The translations under genes and the position numbers were made by a program. From Botryllus schlosseri (lineage: Eukaryota), in the NCBI GenBank assembly GCA_051294905.1, contig CM119372.1, forward strand, positions 13,146,001-13,210,000: a stretch of 64,000 nt of DNA, read 5' to 3'. The notes under the pieces were generated by a model. It searched no databases, was not told the DNA's origin, and saw nothing but the letters and a program-made list of their open reading frames with translations. Positions 13,477 through 33,463 of this stretch are shown piece by piece (positions within the stretch are counted from its first letter, which is position 1; the number at the start of each line of letters is the position of its first letter).

Positions 13477-16400
13477 ATGCCGGTTCAAAGGAAAATATCG
13501 ACTTTCTTTAAAAGCTCTTCGGCAACGCTGAACGCGAACGCTCGAATGAAACGAACTGCAGATACGTCTGTTGGGGTACTGTTTCTTGTTTGTTTTTTTG
13601 TTATGGTGCTATCCTATGTGTTTCTATTTTTCATATGATCCTATAATTTACAGGAAGCAAGCTTGTCCGAAACACCTGCGAAAAAGCCTTTATCTGAGGC
13701 TAATGATGTCAAGCCAAGTGCTGGAGAGCTCCTGAAACTTAGTTACATGCAAGCAATCGGTCTAAATTCAATGGGAGAGTCATGGTTCACAGCTTTTCGA
13801 TCAGAATTTCAAAAGGATTATTTCATTAAAGTATAATATTGCAATGTATGTATTATTTAACATTTGAACAACTAAATGCGGCCTCTTTTTAGCTTGCCAA
13901 GTTTGTAGAAAATGAGAGGAAAAGCAACAAAATATATCCACCTGTTGAAGATGTTTTCTCTTGGACTGGTTTCTTCAATATCAATGATGTCAAAGTGGTT
14001 ATCCTCGGACAAGATCCCTATCATGGCCCAAAACAGGCACACGGCCTGTGCTTCAGTGTGAAAGTAAATCTATGTTTATTGTTATGGTTCCAATCTTACT
14101 CATAATTTTCCATGACCATTGATGCCGCTCGCATGGCAGTTGACTATAATTACTATAATGGTATATCCAAACTTTAGAAGCCTGTTCCGCCCCCACCGTC
14201 CCTCGAAAACATGTTCAAGGAACTGTCTTCTGACATTCCCGGATTCCAACACCCTGGTCACGGAGATCTTACAAATTGGGCCAAGCAAGGTAGCTTTAAG
14301 GCTGTTCTATGTACATCACCAATCTGTAACCAGCAATTTTTACCGTAGGTGTGCTCTTGCTAAATTCAGTCCTGACCGTACGTGCTCACAACGCTAATTC
14401 CCATAAAGACAAAGGCTGGGAACAGTTCACAAATGCCGTCATCAAATACATTACCAATCGTGGTGCTGGCATTGTCTTCTTGCTGTGGGGATCGTATGCT
14501 CAGAAAAAGGGATCAATCATCAACAAGGTAACTTGCGTTTTACTAGTTGTTCCACATGTACTTTCTTCATTCTCACATTTACCTTATACTGTGTTCTGAG
14601 TTGAGTTGATGACCGAATATTCGGTGTATCAGATGTATATTGCATGCCAATATATGACAACTGAGTGATTATAAAATTCTCTGAACCTTCTTGGTATTGA
14701 AATTAGGTTCATACCACAATTCAGTGATTCTGTTTTGATTGCGTGGAGTGGATTAGTAGTGGTTCTCAACCGGGGGACCGCGAAGCATTTTCAGGGGTCC
14801 GCGAAACCTCTTTGCAAAATCTAATTTGGGAAATCGCGAGGCAAGTTTGCTGCATAACTGCTGAAACTTCCGGAGACACATCAACAGAATGGCCATGTGG
14901 GACACTGGGATGGGATATCCTACCGTGCCAATTCGTCTCAATTGGCAATAGCCTACTGACATAGGCGCCGACTGTTATTTTCTTACCAGGTGGCGAAGTC
15001 TTGTGACATCATAATTGTCATAATTGTTCCAGATCGATGATGCCGTCGTACTAAAACGCACTTTACTACATGCTGCTAGTGTACGTACAGCGTTAAACCA
15101 TTCGTGTCACGTCTTAATACCGGCCCTGCACTCATTAATATCAAACCATGCAGTCGAGTTATTAAATGGAATCTTAAAACGGTATGATCATTCTAAAGTG
15201 CTACTGCGCTACCAGTCCGTCCGACGGAATGCATCGAACCAAAATCAGAATTTGGAGTTGCATCAATGTTATACGTTATTCATGTTATTCACTACGTAAT
15301 GGCCTGGCAAGTTTGCAAGTAACACACCACAACTCTCGAATATGAGGTTTCAAGCAGACAATAATGATGATTACAAATGCGAAATCGCGCAGCCAATCAG
15401 TGATTATCTCTTGCAGTTTCTGGCTTGAGTAGCTTGGATCGCGGAAATTGTTTGGATATTAAAACAGCGATTTTGGCGGCAATGGTGCATTTCCCGATTT
15501 ACGTTGGCGAAGTATCATTAAATCGCGCCCTGCGCTAAGAATATTTCAAGTTTAATTAAAATCTCTGAAAAATTCTGGAGTCAATTCGTAAATTCAATTT
15601 GTATGTCGACGGCCGACAACACATACTAATTGAATTACGTGTTGACGGACGCACAAATATCTTCTATGTCTTCAAATATCTTCTACGGCCGCAAGTTGGC
15701 CACCCCTGGTCTAGAATTAATTCCACTTCAGGGCGCATCCCGCGATCTTACCAATAGAAATCCACCGTCTACCAAATGCCCCCTAGTTTAAAATTCGATA
15801 TTGTTGTTCTCGATACGAGTACGTCTAGCAATCGCAAGATTCCCTGTTCAAACGAATTTGTGCCACCGAGAATCTCGTGATGCATCAGTATTTGACAAAG
15901 TCGCACGGGAATGAATGACCTAATTTGGCGTCCATCTCCGCGGGAGACCATCACAGACTCATCTCGCTAATCGACAACATGCTTCACGCTATTCGGCCAC
16001 GCGGAACACTGATAACACAATTATTCAATTGCAACTGAATATTAGTTAGAATGATCATGTTCATTTCAAAATGACTGGGTTCACATTTCAAATAGCGGGG
16101 TTCGACCCCCGAAACCCCCGTGGCAACGTGCCTAGCACACGCGTGCATCGAAATCGCAGGCGTCTAATCAGGTTGCATCGATTCGCCTGATTATCAATTA
16201 CTGGTCACATATCACTTGGACGTTTGAACATCTTTGTACGTGGTAGCCGCCACTTCGTAAATATGGTTGACGAGGTGGCTACGCCACCTCATAACCTCGC
16301 AAGTCCGCGCTTATGCCTACTGATACAAACACATAGCTCTGTAGAGAAGTTTTGTTGGGGTTTGTGGAAAAATTATAAAGTAGTAGGGCTGGCTTCAAAA

Positions 16401-17359
16401 TGTTTGCAAACCAGCTTTGATTTGAAGTTGGTAATCTCAGCAAATTAGGGTACAGTCGTTTGAAATGAAATTCCTGTAGTCTTTCTCCTAAACTGTGCAA
16501 ATATAGGAATTGAAACCTCGCCGCGGAATCCATATTCTCCTGTGATATTCATAACCATACTATTCCAGAATAACTCAAATAAGATCAGCTGGTAGATAAA
16601 AATAACTTCCAAGGGTGGATGTGATATGTTCAGTAATTAATCTGTCTTTCGAGCTTGATGCCATATATGTTGCTATCAATGCCAAATTCTTTACACCTTA
16701 ATAGGCATATTCAACCACATATGTTATGAAATTCAGCGGCAGAGTTAGCTATGTAAAATAAGTCGTGTTCAAGAAAAGTCATTTCTATCGCTGTTTATCA
16801 CTAGCCTACAGGTTATATTTGCACAGGACAGATGACCATTGCACGGTAATCGAGCTAAATTTGAACCAAAACTTGTGGGGGTCTGCAGAGGCCCGTGAAG
16901 GTCCAAAAGGGGTCCGCGAGGACAAAAAGGTTTAGAACTACTGATCTATAGTGTGTAATGAGAATGACCCCATTGGGTTTGAGAACTCCATTTGAATATA
17001 TTCTATGTGGCGGAGACTGCCAATATTACGCTCAGTGAAGAATTTATAACTCATCTGCTTCACAATCCATGGAAATGGAACTAATCGGTGAATAATAATC
17101 ACCACCCCGGAATTGCATCTATGTCAAACATTTACAACTCGAAATATTGCTGTTGAAATAACACATCCTTTCCAAAAACTCCTTGGTCTGTAGACCTTTA
17201 TTGCTTACTTTTGTTTAGAAACGCCATCATGTCTTGAATTGTGTCCACCCTTCACCGCTGTCTGCATACAGAGGATTTTTTGGTTGCAAACACTTTTCTA
17301 AGGCAAATGAATTGTTAAAGTGTCAAGGAGATGGAGAAATAGACTGGCGCTTGCATTGA
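13477..17359 (+). CDS. UNG: Uracil-DNA glycosylase (family 1 UNG), 6 coding exons
   Basis: Exons 13477-13575, 13654-13830, 13893-14063, 14178-14289, 14349-14527, 17219-17359 splice in frame. N-terminal PIP box QRKISTFF; catalytic motifs [47 protein letters not shown]. Confidence 0.96.
14757..16943. mobile_element. Composite hAT-like non-autonomous element in the last UNG intron
   Basis: Ends TAGTGGTTCTCAACC / GGTTTAGAACTACTG with GGGGTCCGCG subterminal motifs at both ends; an internal MITE end (GTTGGCCACCCCTG) at ~15695-15708. Confidence 0.55.
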
Positions 17360-19492
17360 GTTCTTTCATTCGTGTTATGTATATATACTTTTTATTCGGT
17401 CTGCCGTCGCTTGCATCACTGCCATAATCAGTAGCCTGTAAATATCTTTCTTTACGTCGCAGCTTATGTCAACCATTTCATATTCCCAGCAATCATCAAA
17501 ATTTGAATCATCCGTCTTTTTCATGTCCTTGGGAGTAATTTTTTATACAAAACGTCAGTAACTGAAGTCTTCGGCGGTTATAACTGAACATGATAAAGAT
17601 ATTGCCATATAAGTTTTGATATTTGCTGCCAGTAGACCTGGGCGCCAAAATTTTAGTAATCGAATATGAGTCGAGTATGTTTTGATGGTTGAAGTCATTT
17701 TTTCGAGTTACTTTGTAGTCCTTTTCGAGTTACTTTGTAGTCTAACTCCTTGATGCTAAGAGAATTTTTGTCAACAATAAATATACATTCGAATTTGCTC
17801 CCACCGTGAGTGCCTAATTAAACCTCTAAGTTCTATTGTGGCCAAAACAGAACAAAGCTTAATGAACTCATCGTGATCAGGAGGTGAAAATAACGGTAAA
17901 TATTTGAGAGTCATTCTATTCTGACTGTTTAACATCGTAATACTCAACTGTGCTCAGCCCTAGCTGTATTCATGTTGATCTTGGACAGAATTGGTCTTGC
18001 TCTCGTCATCAGTGGCTAGAATTCAAAATTGTATTAACCAATTCTATTTTTAGTGTAGGATTTCATTTCTTTACTTCATTTTTTTATCTTGTCGAGCTAC
18101 AGGTCCAATCATAGCTTGATCCTGTTAGTTATGAGGATCTTTGTTGAATTCCTGACCAATGTACATATTGAAATTCATCTTTTGTATGCCTTTTTGATAG
18201 GGTTTGCCCGAATGATAGTTTTGTGACAACGTGCTGCTATTAACTTGTTCACAATTTTTGTGTGCCATTTTGTAAATAGGTTTGTCGTTTTGACGAATAT
18301 AGTTGTTCTTTGTATGTTGTGTTGGTACCATACTGAGGTGTGTGGACTGCCTCCTAACGGGGGTATTTGGAAGATGGGACTCATAGTATCTCAAGTATGG
18401 AGCTCGTGAGTGTTGAGACTGTCAACTGCTCTACTACCTGAGAATATCAATGGATTCACAATGCAGGTCTTAGTCATAGCTATCTTGTACTGAATTTGTA
18501 ACCTTGGCTAAATAGAATTGGTGATGTGCTGGTGGAACATGTTGTGATGAAGCGGGTCTTAATAGATCTTATATGAAGTCTAGCTACTATTGTTGACCGG
18601 ATGTACAGGACTAGCGAGTATATAGTTTGGATCGCTAGCAGGTGAGATGGGTTGTACGTCTCATGGTGCATATGTGGTAGCTTCCTTGAATATTTTCTGC
18701 CATCATAACTATAAGCATTACTGAATTGAAATCACTGTTGAAAAGGGGCGGTCAGTAATACTTTTTTCAAGTAGACCTACTGATGTCTTACCAAAAGCGA
18801 TACGTTTTTGACCACTATATTTGCAGCTGAACTACTTTGATTTTGTCATCTATTTTGATTGCCATGAAAACTGCCAAGCCCTGCATGATGGCTTTAAAAA
18901 CGTGCCGGTGATAGATTACCTCGTCCAGATCTCTAAACAACTTGAGTACTCTCACACCTGGTAAGTAGGCCTACTGATTGACCTGGTAAAACATCCAAAA
19001 GTACATTATACTTGTCGAAATTTAGTGTAAAGATAGCTAGTTTTGCCTAGAAAAATGCTAAATTCAAGTAGTCTAAAAACATAACGACTTGAGTTCTCTG
19101 AAAAAGTAGAAGTACTTCGTTAATAACGACCTCTGTGTATGTTGCGAATGAAATTACTAGGCCTGCTGTATATGTACCTTACCCACTTGACTGATTTAGA
19201 TGAAGGATTGATTTCACTGATGTTTTTTATTCGACCAGTGCACTTTAAACAGTGATCACGATCTATCAGGCGGTGCAAAACCATGCTGAATGGCTACAAC
19301 ATATATACGCAGTCTCAGAAACATTGACAGTGAAACTAACATGTATGGACGATATACAGGCAGGACACAAAAACCATTGTGTTAGCATGACAAGCAGTAT
19401 CGGTACAACTCTACATAACACGCAGCAGTTGGTCGATAAGTATTTACATACGCGAATCGCAAAAATTGATCGGACAGTAATAGGATTCTTCC

Positions 19493-25417
<5,925 letters not shown>

Positions 25418-26290
25418 TTATAGTGTAGGCTTACTTACTGCTCAATCTTAGTGAGGTAGCCCTGTACAGAATTAGAAAGGGATGAACTTCCTATTCCTGC
25501 TTTTCACATACTAAAGTATGAATGCTCTGCTCATCGTCATCGCAAATACCGGCTTCTTTGAACAATAACGGTGCACCGAAATATCCATAGGCGGACTTCA
25601 TAAGAACTGACTAAAGAATTTGGACAGTTGAAAGTTATGTTTTATTGTTGTGTAAAGATTTGAAATATACTCCATACGTTACTATGTGTAGGCAAGGTGG
25701 TAAAAATGCTTGTCTCAGCTGAATAACCTTGAGAGTTTACTACCATAACAGCTCAATTATATATCTCTTCCACCTACCATAATCTGAGAAACAATATTGT
25801 AGGGGACTTTTTCCCCAATATTTTGACGAATGCGTTTAGGTTACACATCTCAATTGACCTTTCTCTAACATTAACCTATAGTTTTCAGTTTTCATTGCTT
25901 GCCTTTCCCACTCTATTCTGTAATAAGTCGTTGTAATGCAACTCAAATCAGATGGCTTCTCAACAACCCTTTTGAAGCCTTTTACCCGCATAATATTACT
26001 AGTTGACATAATTTCACAAAGTTATCAAGCGGGCAATACTGCTAAATTACCAATATAAAAAATCTTTATAGCTAAAGCGAGTGTAAATATAACAAGGGGC
26101 CACATTTTACAATAAAGGGCAAATGTACGCTAGTTTCTTAATGCTTTACATTAAACAAAGAGGCGTCCAATTACGAATAGGGTGTCAAATAACTAAAATT
26201 CAAAAGCCTTAGAGGTATAAGGAGGAGCGCTCTGCCTATTGATGGCGATTCGCCTATGTAGAAACATCCTCCGTATATAGACGCTAAATC

Positions 26291-26303
26291 GTCGCCTGGC
26301 AAC
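26291..26303. promoter_or_regulatory. RFX X-box upstream of TEKT1
   Basis: GTCGCC-T-GGCAAC fits the X-box consensus GTNRCC-N(0-3)-RGYAAC; a second half-site CCTGGCGAC follows. It lies ~0.95 kb upstream of the ciliary gene's ATG. Confidence 0.65.
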
Positions 26304-26536
26304 CGCGCCCTGGCGACATCAATGGCTGATAAAGAATCTTGATCCTGCCACGCATGGTTACGTTATAGTACGTTATCATTATGAAAAACCTATTGCAAAT
26401 TTCGACCAAGTAGTCAAATATATACGTAAAGTCCACCCTCGAATTGTATAGCAATAGGATTACCATATTTTGAGATCCGCACAGGAGGACAGTTTTTGCA
26501 TCACCAATCATCATGCAATGAAACCAATGATTATAC

Positions 26537-27162
26537 CATAGTGTCCTATATGGTGTCGACACAAGCAAATCTCACGGCTCAATGAAATTGGATCACGTCA
26601 CAATTTCCATTTGGCTACAGGCAATTTGACGGTCATTTTTGACCGGCCTGCCGAGCATTAAATTTGATAAAACGGGTATCAATCGAAAGCTGACTCTGCA
26701 CTGATTACGAAAATATAAATTTTATTCCGCTCGTGGCCCTGGAACTCCCACAATCAGCCTCGAATTTTCATTGTTATGGAGATTGGCATTGGGACGCAAC
26801 AATACTGTCTGGCGAAACGAGAGAGAAGGTCATGACGCAACAATGCTGTCTGGCGAAACGAGAGTGTAGCTCAAGAGAAAAAGGTCCAAAAAGCATTGTT
26901 GCGTCCCAATGACAATCTCCATAACAATGAAAAATTCGAGGCTGACTGTGGGGGTTCCAGGGCCGCAAGCGGAATAAAATTTATATTTTCGTCATCAGTG
27001 CAGAGTCAGCTTTCGATTGATACCCGTTTTACCAAATTTAATGCTCGGCAAGCCGGTCAAAAATGACCGTCAAATTGCCTGTAGCCAAATGGAAATTGTG
27101 ACGTGATACAATTTCACTGAGGCGTGAGATTTGCTTGTGTCGACACCATATAGGACACTATG
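26537..27162. mobile_element. Long foldback (palindromic) MITE
   Basis: Arms of ~250 bp are near-perfect inverted repeats (CATAGTGTCCTATATGGTGTCGACACAAGC...); 7-bp direct flank ATTATAC on both sides; diverged one-arm relative at ~33960-34250. Confidence 0.85.
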
Positions 27163-28838
27163 ATTATACAATGATTGGAAACTGCCACGACCCTTAACGC
27201 TATAACATAGATTCGCGGCGAAATCACTCCGTCGCAGGATATGCTTGAGCGGAGGTACGGAATTGCGTTATGTCGACAGTGGCGGAGTGCTGCAATCGAC
27301 CTTCCTGGCATAATATTTCACGGATTTGCCCCAATTGATTTAGTTTTAGTTGGTTTCGTGAGCATAGTGAGGCAGTACTGCATACTAAGATGTAACATAA
27401 CTTTTAATGATGCACATTTATCAAAGTAGCGACTAGCTGCTAGGCATTTAGGCATCGATAGAATACATAAATGTACGGGACAGTCTAAAAAACTAATAGA
27501 GACTGTGGTTGAGCGTCAACATAGATGTGCAGAACCTGGAAGGATTGTTAAAAGAGGATTTGAAAATTTTCTGGCATCATTTACGTCGCCTGATCTATTA
27601 AAAGAGAAAGGTTGGTAATCAACCCAAGTACGTTTTTATAGTATGAATGTAGCGATAGAACCCGCATAATATAAAATCAGAACTAACCGAGAACTATCAT
27701 TGTAGGTTTACTGGTTGCTGAAATGCTAATGTATATAACTTTTTCCCAACTAAGAACGTTGAATTCACATCAATGATGAGAATCGGCATTGTTCCGAACT
27801 ATATTGCATCGGCAAGACCAAGCATTAGAATTAAATTGAGGACATAATCACTCTATGATTGGTATCGTTCACATCGACCTGGTGCGATATGTTGTGCTCC
27901 TCTCATCAGCTGGTTGCATCAGTATGTCGAGGTAAATGTTTAACACCGGGGTGGGCTAAAACCTCTACCAATGCCCACTTTGCCCATTCGTGCCGGATTG
28001 GATTGATACTCGTTGGATCGAATGATGAAAGACTATACAATGCATATTATCCGAGTGCGAGAGGCGAGGAGATGGGAGCTTCAATGCGATATGTGGATCA
28101 TTTTGTTTGCCTTGTGAATACGACAACCAAATCCAGCTGCAACTTCCATTTTAAGTCATATTGCATTAAAAATTATTATTGCTTCACCTGTACACGAGAT
28201 GGAAAAAGATTTCCTGACGCCACTGCAAAATTGGAGATATTTTTATGCCACAGAAACGGCAACGCCCAAAGCAACGAAACTTGTGAGCAGGGAAACTTAT
28301 AAGGCGATAAGAAAACAACAGCAATAATAAATTTGATACAAACATTTTTGCCAATCCACCGAGCAAACCTCATTATCACCAAGTGATTGAGTCTGGATCC
28401 GCTATTGAAATCATTTTTTGCCTGATCAGGAAATCTGGCCGTACCTGCGATATGGCAGTTTTTGAAGAGTATTTGAGTTCTAAAGAGGCGTGAAACATAC
28501 TACGGGTTCGAATGGCATGGTACATGATGCTTCAATGCACAGTGCAGTCTGCAGTGCACACCATTGCTCCCCGCCATATAAATATATTCTCTACCATCCA
28601 ACTGCAGTGTCGGTATTGTCATTAAGAGAGAACAGGAACGCTTAAAGAAATACCATTTCAGAATATATATTTTTGTCAAGTGACAAGAAACATTGACGTT
28701 ATCAACTATTATGCACAGTTATCCGATTGGTCATTATATCACAGTACAGTTTCATAAATTGCAACAAAAATAGATGCACAATGCACATAGTACATTATTC
28801 GAATGGCTCATATTGCTCTTGCTACATATTGACTTGAT

Positions 28839-31283
28839 CAGACATGGGGTAATCGCGATTAGTAATCGTAATCGATTACGACGATTACAGCATTTTCAAG
28901 TAATCGTAATCGCAATCGATTACATTCGAAAAAATTCCGAAGTAATCGTAATCGTAATCGACTACTTCCCATATCTAATCGATTACTCTGTGAAAGAACG
29001 ATTACTTTTTATTTGTACAAGGACTATGACATATGAACATTCGTGAAAAAGGAAGAGATATTATACCAGGTTCGTGGTAGCACAAACGTCTGATTTTCAA
29101 ACGCCACTGCTCATTATTACGTCAGAAGCAGCCTATTAGCTTGGCGCGTCATTGCGTGAGAAGTATCCACAGTAAATAGATATTCGATGTACGTACGTCG
29201 TACATTAGCGTGATTGCAAGAACACCCGCCGTGCTGTGAATCAGGTCATCAACACGTTCCACACGCCATGCACTACCTCGCAACAGTATAATTTGTCTCC
29301 GCTCTGCCTAGTTTAAAATAGTAACTTATGTGTTGATGTCTGGTTATGCTTGTTTAAACGCAGTTTAACCGTTGCTGCTTGGCGAGCAGTAGGCCTATCT
29401 AGTACGTACGTACACCGGACAAAGATTTGAAATTTTGTACTAGTCAAATTGCGGTTTCCATAACAAAGCAGTAAAAATCAACAGCTGCTGGTGATATATA
29501 TATATCATAACCGAGCCGTTTTGGCCGTTTCTCGTAACTGCAGCTTGCAGTACAATATCTGTATTAAGTTGAAGCCAGAATTTTATGTTCGCTTCGTCAT
29601 ATTCTCATATGACTCTACTTGAAACGGGTGCCAATCGTTATTTCACAATTATTTTCTCAACGTTGGGACCTGCCGCTTATATATCATGTTAGCGTTGGTT
29701 GTAGCTGGAAGCAGGACCAAAATAGCAATTCGTCCCCCAGTCCAGACGTTGGTGGTAATCTCAAGTTGAATTTCGTCAATAATATTAGTAATTGCATTAA
29801 TTTTTTATCCCCTCTCAGCCCCCGATGGTCAGATTTACCTGTAGAGGTTGTTCGTCTGACGTAATCATGGTGTTTGTCATTTAGACCAGGCCGATTTTCT
29901 ACATTTTTGATTCCGTATCTGCCGACTTGTAGCACGGCCCACTTCAAGGCTTTTTGTAAGACACCGCTTACGCGGATAAGGCGGCGAGGATGAGCATAGA
30001 TAAACCTCCAACACTTTGGTAGGATTTCTGAAGTCGACCTCCGTCGGACTCGAACCATCAACCCATCGGTGTTGCAGCCGTGGATTATATACCGCTACGC
30101 TATCTCGCCACACAACTACACCTACCTGCAGAGTGGCAGGCACGTATTTCATAATTATAATCGCTGGTATCTTGTCATAATTACTTTAGTGTATGTTGTT
30201 AACTCGTGACCTTCGGTTTGTTATATCATCAAAAGATATTGCAGTGGCTCAAACGCAGCAGACTAAAAGAAAAACTTTCATTAGACGCACGAACTAATTG
30301 TCATGTCTTCTATCTGACTGCATGTCTAGCAACTCAAGTTCTAAATTACTATAAGGTCAGTGGCCTCATTAACTACAATAGGACTTGAAAACAATTTCAT
30401 CATGGGCAAAAAGCATTCATTCCGTCAATGTGGCCGTTGAACTGAACAATTAAGTCAAATGATGGTCATAGAGCGTTGTAAAACGTGTTGTAACACAACC
30501 TGTACTTAATTAAATCTGTAACTGAGCAGACTTAGATTTGAGTGCCGATCCAAACGCATTTGAGTGTGAGGATACTTTTTGACGTGAGTTGAATAACGAA
30601 ATCGTTGCTGAGTAGAGAATCGCTACTCGACAGCCAAGGAATTGGTCTCCACCCTTATTTATAAACTCCAGATTCCAAGCCAAGCAAGTATAATTTTTGA
30701 ATATCATTTTTGTTTGTTATAGATTGATTTTTTTATTACTTTTGTTGGATTTTCCAACGTCAATGGGAGTCGCAAGTAGGCTAGCTGGGAGCCGCGGTTG
30801 GGAATCACTGATCTAGACAGGATTTTCAAGTTAATTAGATCTCTCGAAAATACTCTATAACTTAGGTTTGTTTACGAAATACTTTTTGAGTTCCCTTCGA
30901 TCTAGCTCTCCACCCTATTGGGAAATTTGGGGTGCGGCAGTTATGGCCCTGACAAGAACGCAAATCGTTGGGCGCGATAAATTGACCTCTATAAAAATGG
31001 GCAATGGGTACATTATGACGTAACAAACAAATGACGCATCTTTTTTAAAATGAGTTTGTTATCTTATTAGGCCTTTTCGGCGCAATCCATATATTGTCTT
31101 CCAGCATAGCTTCTAAGATGCAAAATAGATGTAATCGTGAGTAATCGTGATTACTTTTCCAATGTAATCGTAATCGTAATCGACTACTTCCTGATTTTGC
31201 TGTAATCGTAATCGTAATCGCGTCATTAAGAAGTAATCGTAATCGCAATCGATTACATTCATGAAGTAATCACCCCATGTCTG
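28839..31283. mobile_element. 2.4-kb non-autonomous hAT-type element with (GTAATC)n subterminal arrays
   Basis: TIR CAGACATGGGGT / ACCCCATGTCTG; perfect 8-bp TSD GACTTGAT (28831-28838, 31284-31291); GTAATC/GATTAC repeats at both ends. Confidence 0.88.
29800..30109 (-). mobile_element. tRNA-derived SINE nested in the 28839-31283 element
   Basis: Minus-strand head GGCGAGATAGCGTAGCGG (Pol III A box) and GGTTCGAGTCC (B box, 30046-30056), followed by non-tRNA body and an A-rich end. The 3' boundary is approximate. Confidence 0.6.
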
Positions 31284-32280
31284 GACTTGATATAATTGCA
31301 TGCTTTCCGTTGACGAAGATTTTGGTTCTTGTTATTCTGAATTTTGATAACCACAAATTCTGACATAGTAACAAAAGATGTTTTCCAGTACGTTAGTAAT
31401 GTGCTATGCAGTTTTTAAGTGTTATAGTAAATGAAATATCTACACCCAGCATACAATTCTCAATGATATTATGTTGTTGGTATCATCATTGAAATTTAGT
31501 CACAACTAGTATCAGGTCACTTAAGAGTCCATGAAGAGGTGAGATTTAAGGTGTTCAACATCCTGCTTCTCTAATACCCATACGATGAGACATTGTTATG
31601 ACGCTCGGATTTGATCATCTTCTCCCATGATCACCTTGACTGTTGAAGGAATAGATGGTGATGTGTAAGTCTGGAAATTTGTTGAGTGAAGGGGAATGTT
31701 GGACTGTCTCTATTCCGTCCACTTATTCGAAGTCACCATCTTGCAAGTCAACTACGACTGTAAGAGTTGACAAACTGGAGGACATTATAAATGACTATGC
31801 AAAGCATACGCTGTGAACAATCATTTATATATCATTGGCTGTGAACAAGTCTATCAAACCCGAAATTGACAGTGGCATGAACTTTCTACCTATTGTGGGT
31901 CCCTCTTGCGCAGTAGTGGCCAAAACCTGCACAGTACGCACACATTTCACCTTCAACAGAGGCCATGATAGAAACTTTCCACTACGGTAACGCTAGTTCC
32001 CAAAGAAAGATTGCCGACGAACCTTTTGTTTACATCTTAACCATAACTCTGGTGAAGCATGACTCGCGACGCGCTCAAACGCAGATCTTACTGGAGTTTC
32101 CAATCATTGTATATATAATATATATCATTGTCCTAGGCTAAGGTGGGTGTCTGATGTTAAAGGCTACTCCAAGTTGTTTCGACACCTTCCTATCTTTTCA
32201 TTGTATCGCAGTCTTGTGATGTTTTGAAACGATGAAAATATTAATAAACCTGATTGATTGATTGATTGATTGATCTAGCA

Positions 32281-32531
32281 CAGGGGCGGGCAGCGTACGA
32301 CCCGCGGGCCGGATCCGGCCCGCAAATGGATTTTAAGTGGCCCGCGGAGTGTCTGGTCTTCTACCACATAATTTGACCCTCGTCCAGAGAAAGGTGGCCA
32401 TGAAATTTGACGTTTAAGCAAGTAGTGGGGAATTTTGGCAGACTGGGCCATCGGCCAAATTATCATGTAAGACGGGAAACCGTCCACGGGCCAGACAAAA
32501 TCCAGTCGCGAGCCGTATGTTGCCTGTGCCT
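32281..32531. mobile_element. hAT-type MITE
   Basis: Ends CAGGGGCGGGCAGCGTACG / CGTATGTTGCCTGTGCCTG with GGCCCGCGG motifs; no clear TSD. Confidence 0.55.
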
Positions 32532-33239
32532 GTTTCGGCCATGTAGTTCGATCGCCAGCTATTAACGACAGCTACTCAACGCACCGAGCATTGGGCTACT
32601 GCCAAAGCTATGAAGTAATGAATGACTTACACGTGAGAATTGCTCTAAATCTTCCAAGAATATCAAAAATTTGCGCAAATGAAGTTGAAATCAGCCTATA
32701 CTCTGTTGAGCGCGACAGCTGAAGTTTGTATTTGGCTGGTAAGCTTTCTTGAATACGAAATAAGTTTCATCTTCAACAATCGCATTCTCAGAATAGTTTT
32801 GAACACACATGTTTCATCACAATTTGTATAGACTCTGTCAATTTCTCGCCCCCCCCCCCCCCTGAGAGACTGCCGCGCCCCCAGGTTGAGAAACCACTGG
32901 TATAGGCGAAGTAAAGAAGAGGCATGCATACTGAATGAAAAGTAAAGCAGAGGATATAAAAGGCAAGCGACAAAATGATGTGGCATGTGGCGGAAGGCGA
33001 GATCGATGTTAGGTCATGGTCCGGTAATGCTGAAGGCTGACTTAATATTTATGACAGAAAGCGAGATCGATTTGTCAGGTCTTAATCCGGTGATCTTGAG
33101 GGCTGACTAAACATTCAGAATAAATTTCTTGTATTTCGACATCGTGCCTGATTCTAAAGTCCTAATCCTAAAGTCGTATGAAAATCAGATTTTTTAAAAA
33201 AAATCCCGATTAGAGTGAGAAATCAGATATATTTTCGCC

Positions 33240-33463
33240 TACACCATCGAGATGCTTTGCCGATGGAGATGCGATACAAGCTTTAAGCAAGGTCATCTAG
33301 TCTGCACCACCGTATTTTCTCCTCCATGCTATCCGTGGATCCTCAGTGCCTAACAGGATAGCCATGGATACCAGTTCTCGACTATTTGGTCTGACCTGGC
33401 GGGGGATTGAACCCACGACCTACCGATCAAGAAGTCAGACGCGTCACCATTACTCCACCAGAC
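33240..33463 (-). mobile_element. tRNA-derived SINE
   Basis: Minus strand: A-box-like TGGTGGAGTAATGG, B box GGGTTCAATCCC (33402-33413), then body GGTCAGACCAAA...TGGTATCCATGGCT..CCTGTTAGGCACT. The 3' end is approximate. Confidence 0.6.

Noticed and set aside
18120..18700. Protein-coding gene on the minus strand between UNG and TEKT1
   Set aside because: Multiple stops; only faint resemblance to a decayed CR1/L2 LINE ORF2 (HIT...LQIQYKIA), too weak to call.
30030..30109. Functional tRNA gene
   Set aside because: A and B boxes are present, but I could not build a clean acceptor or anticodon stem, and it continues into a SINE-like body; the same applies to 33390-33463.
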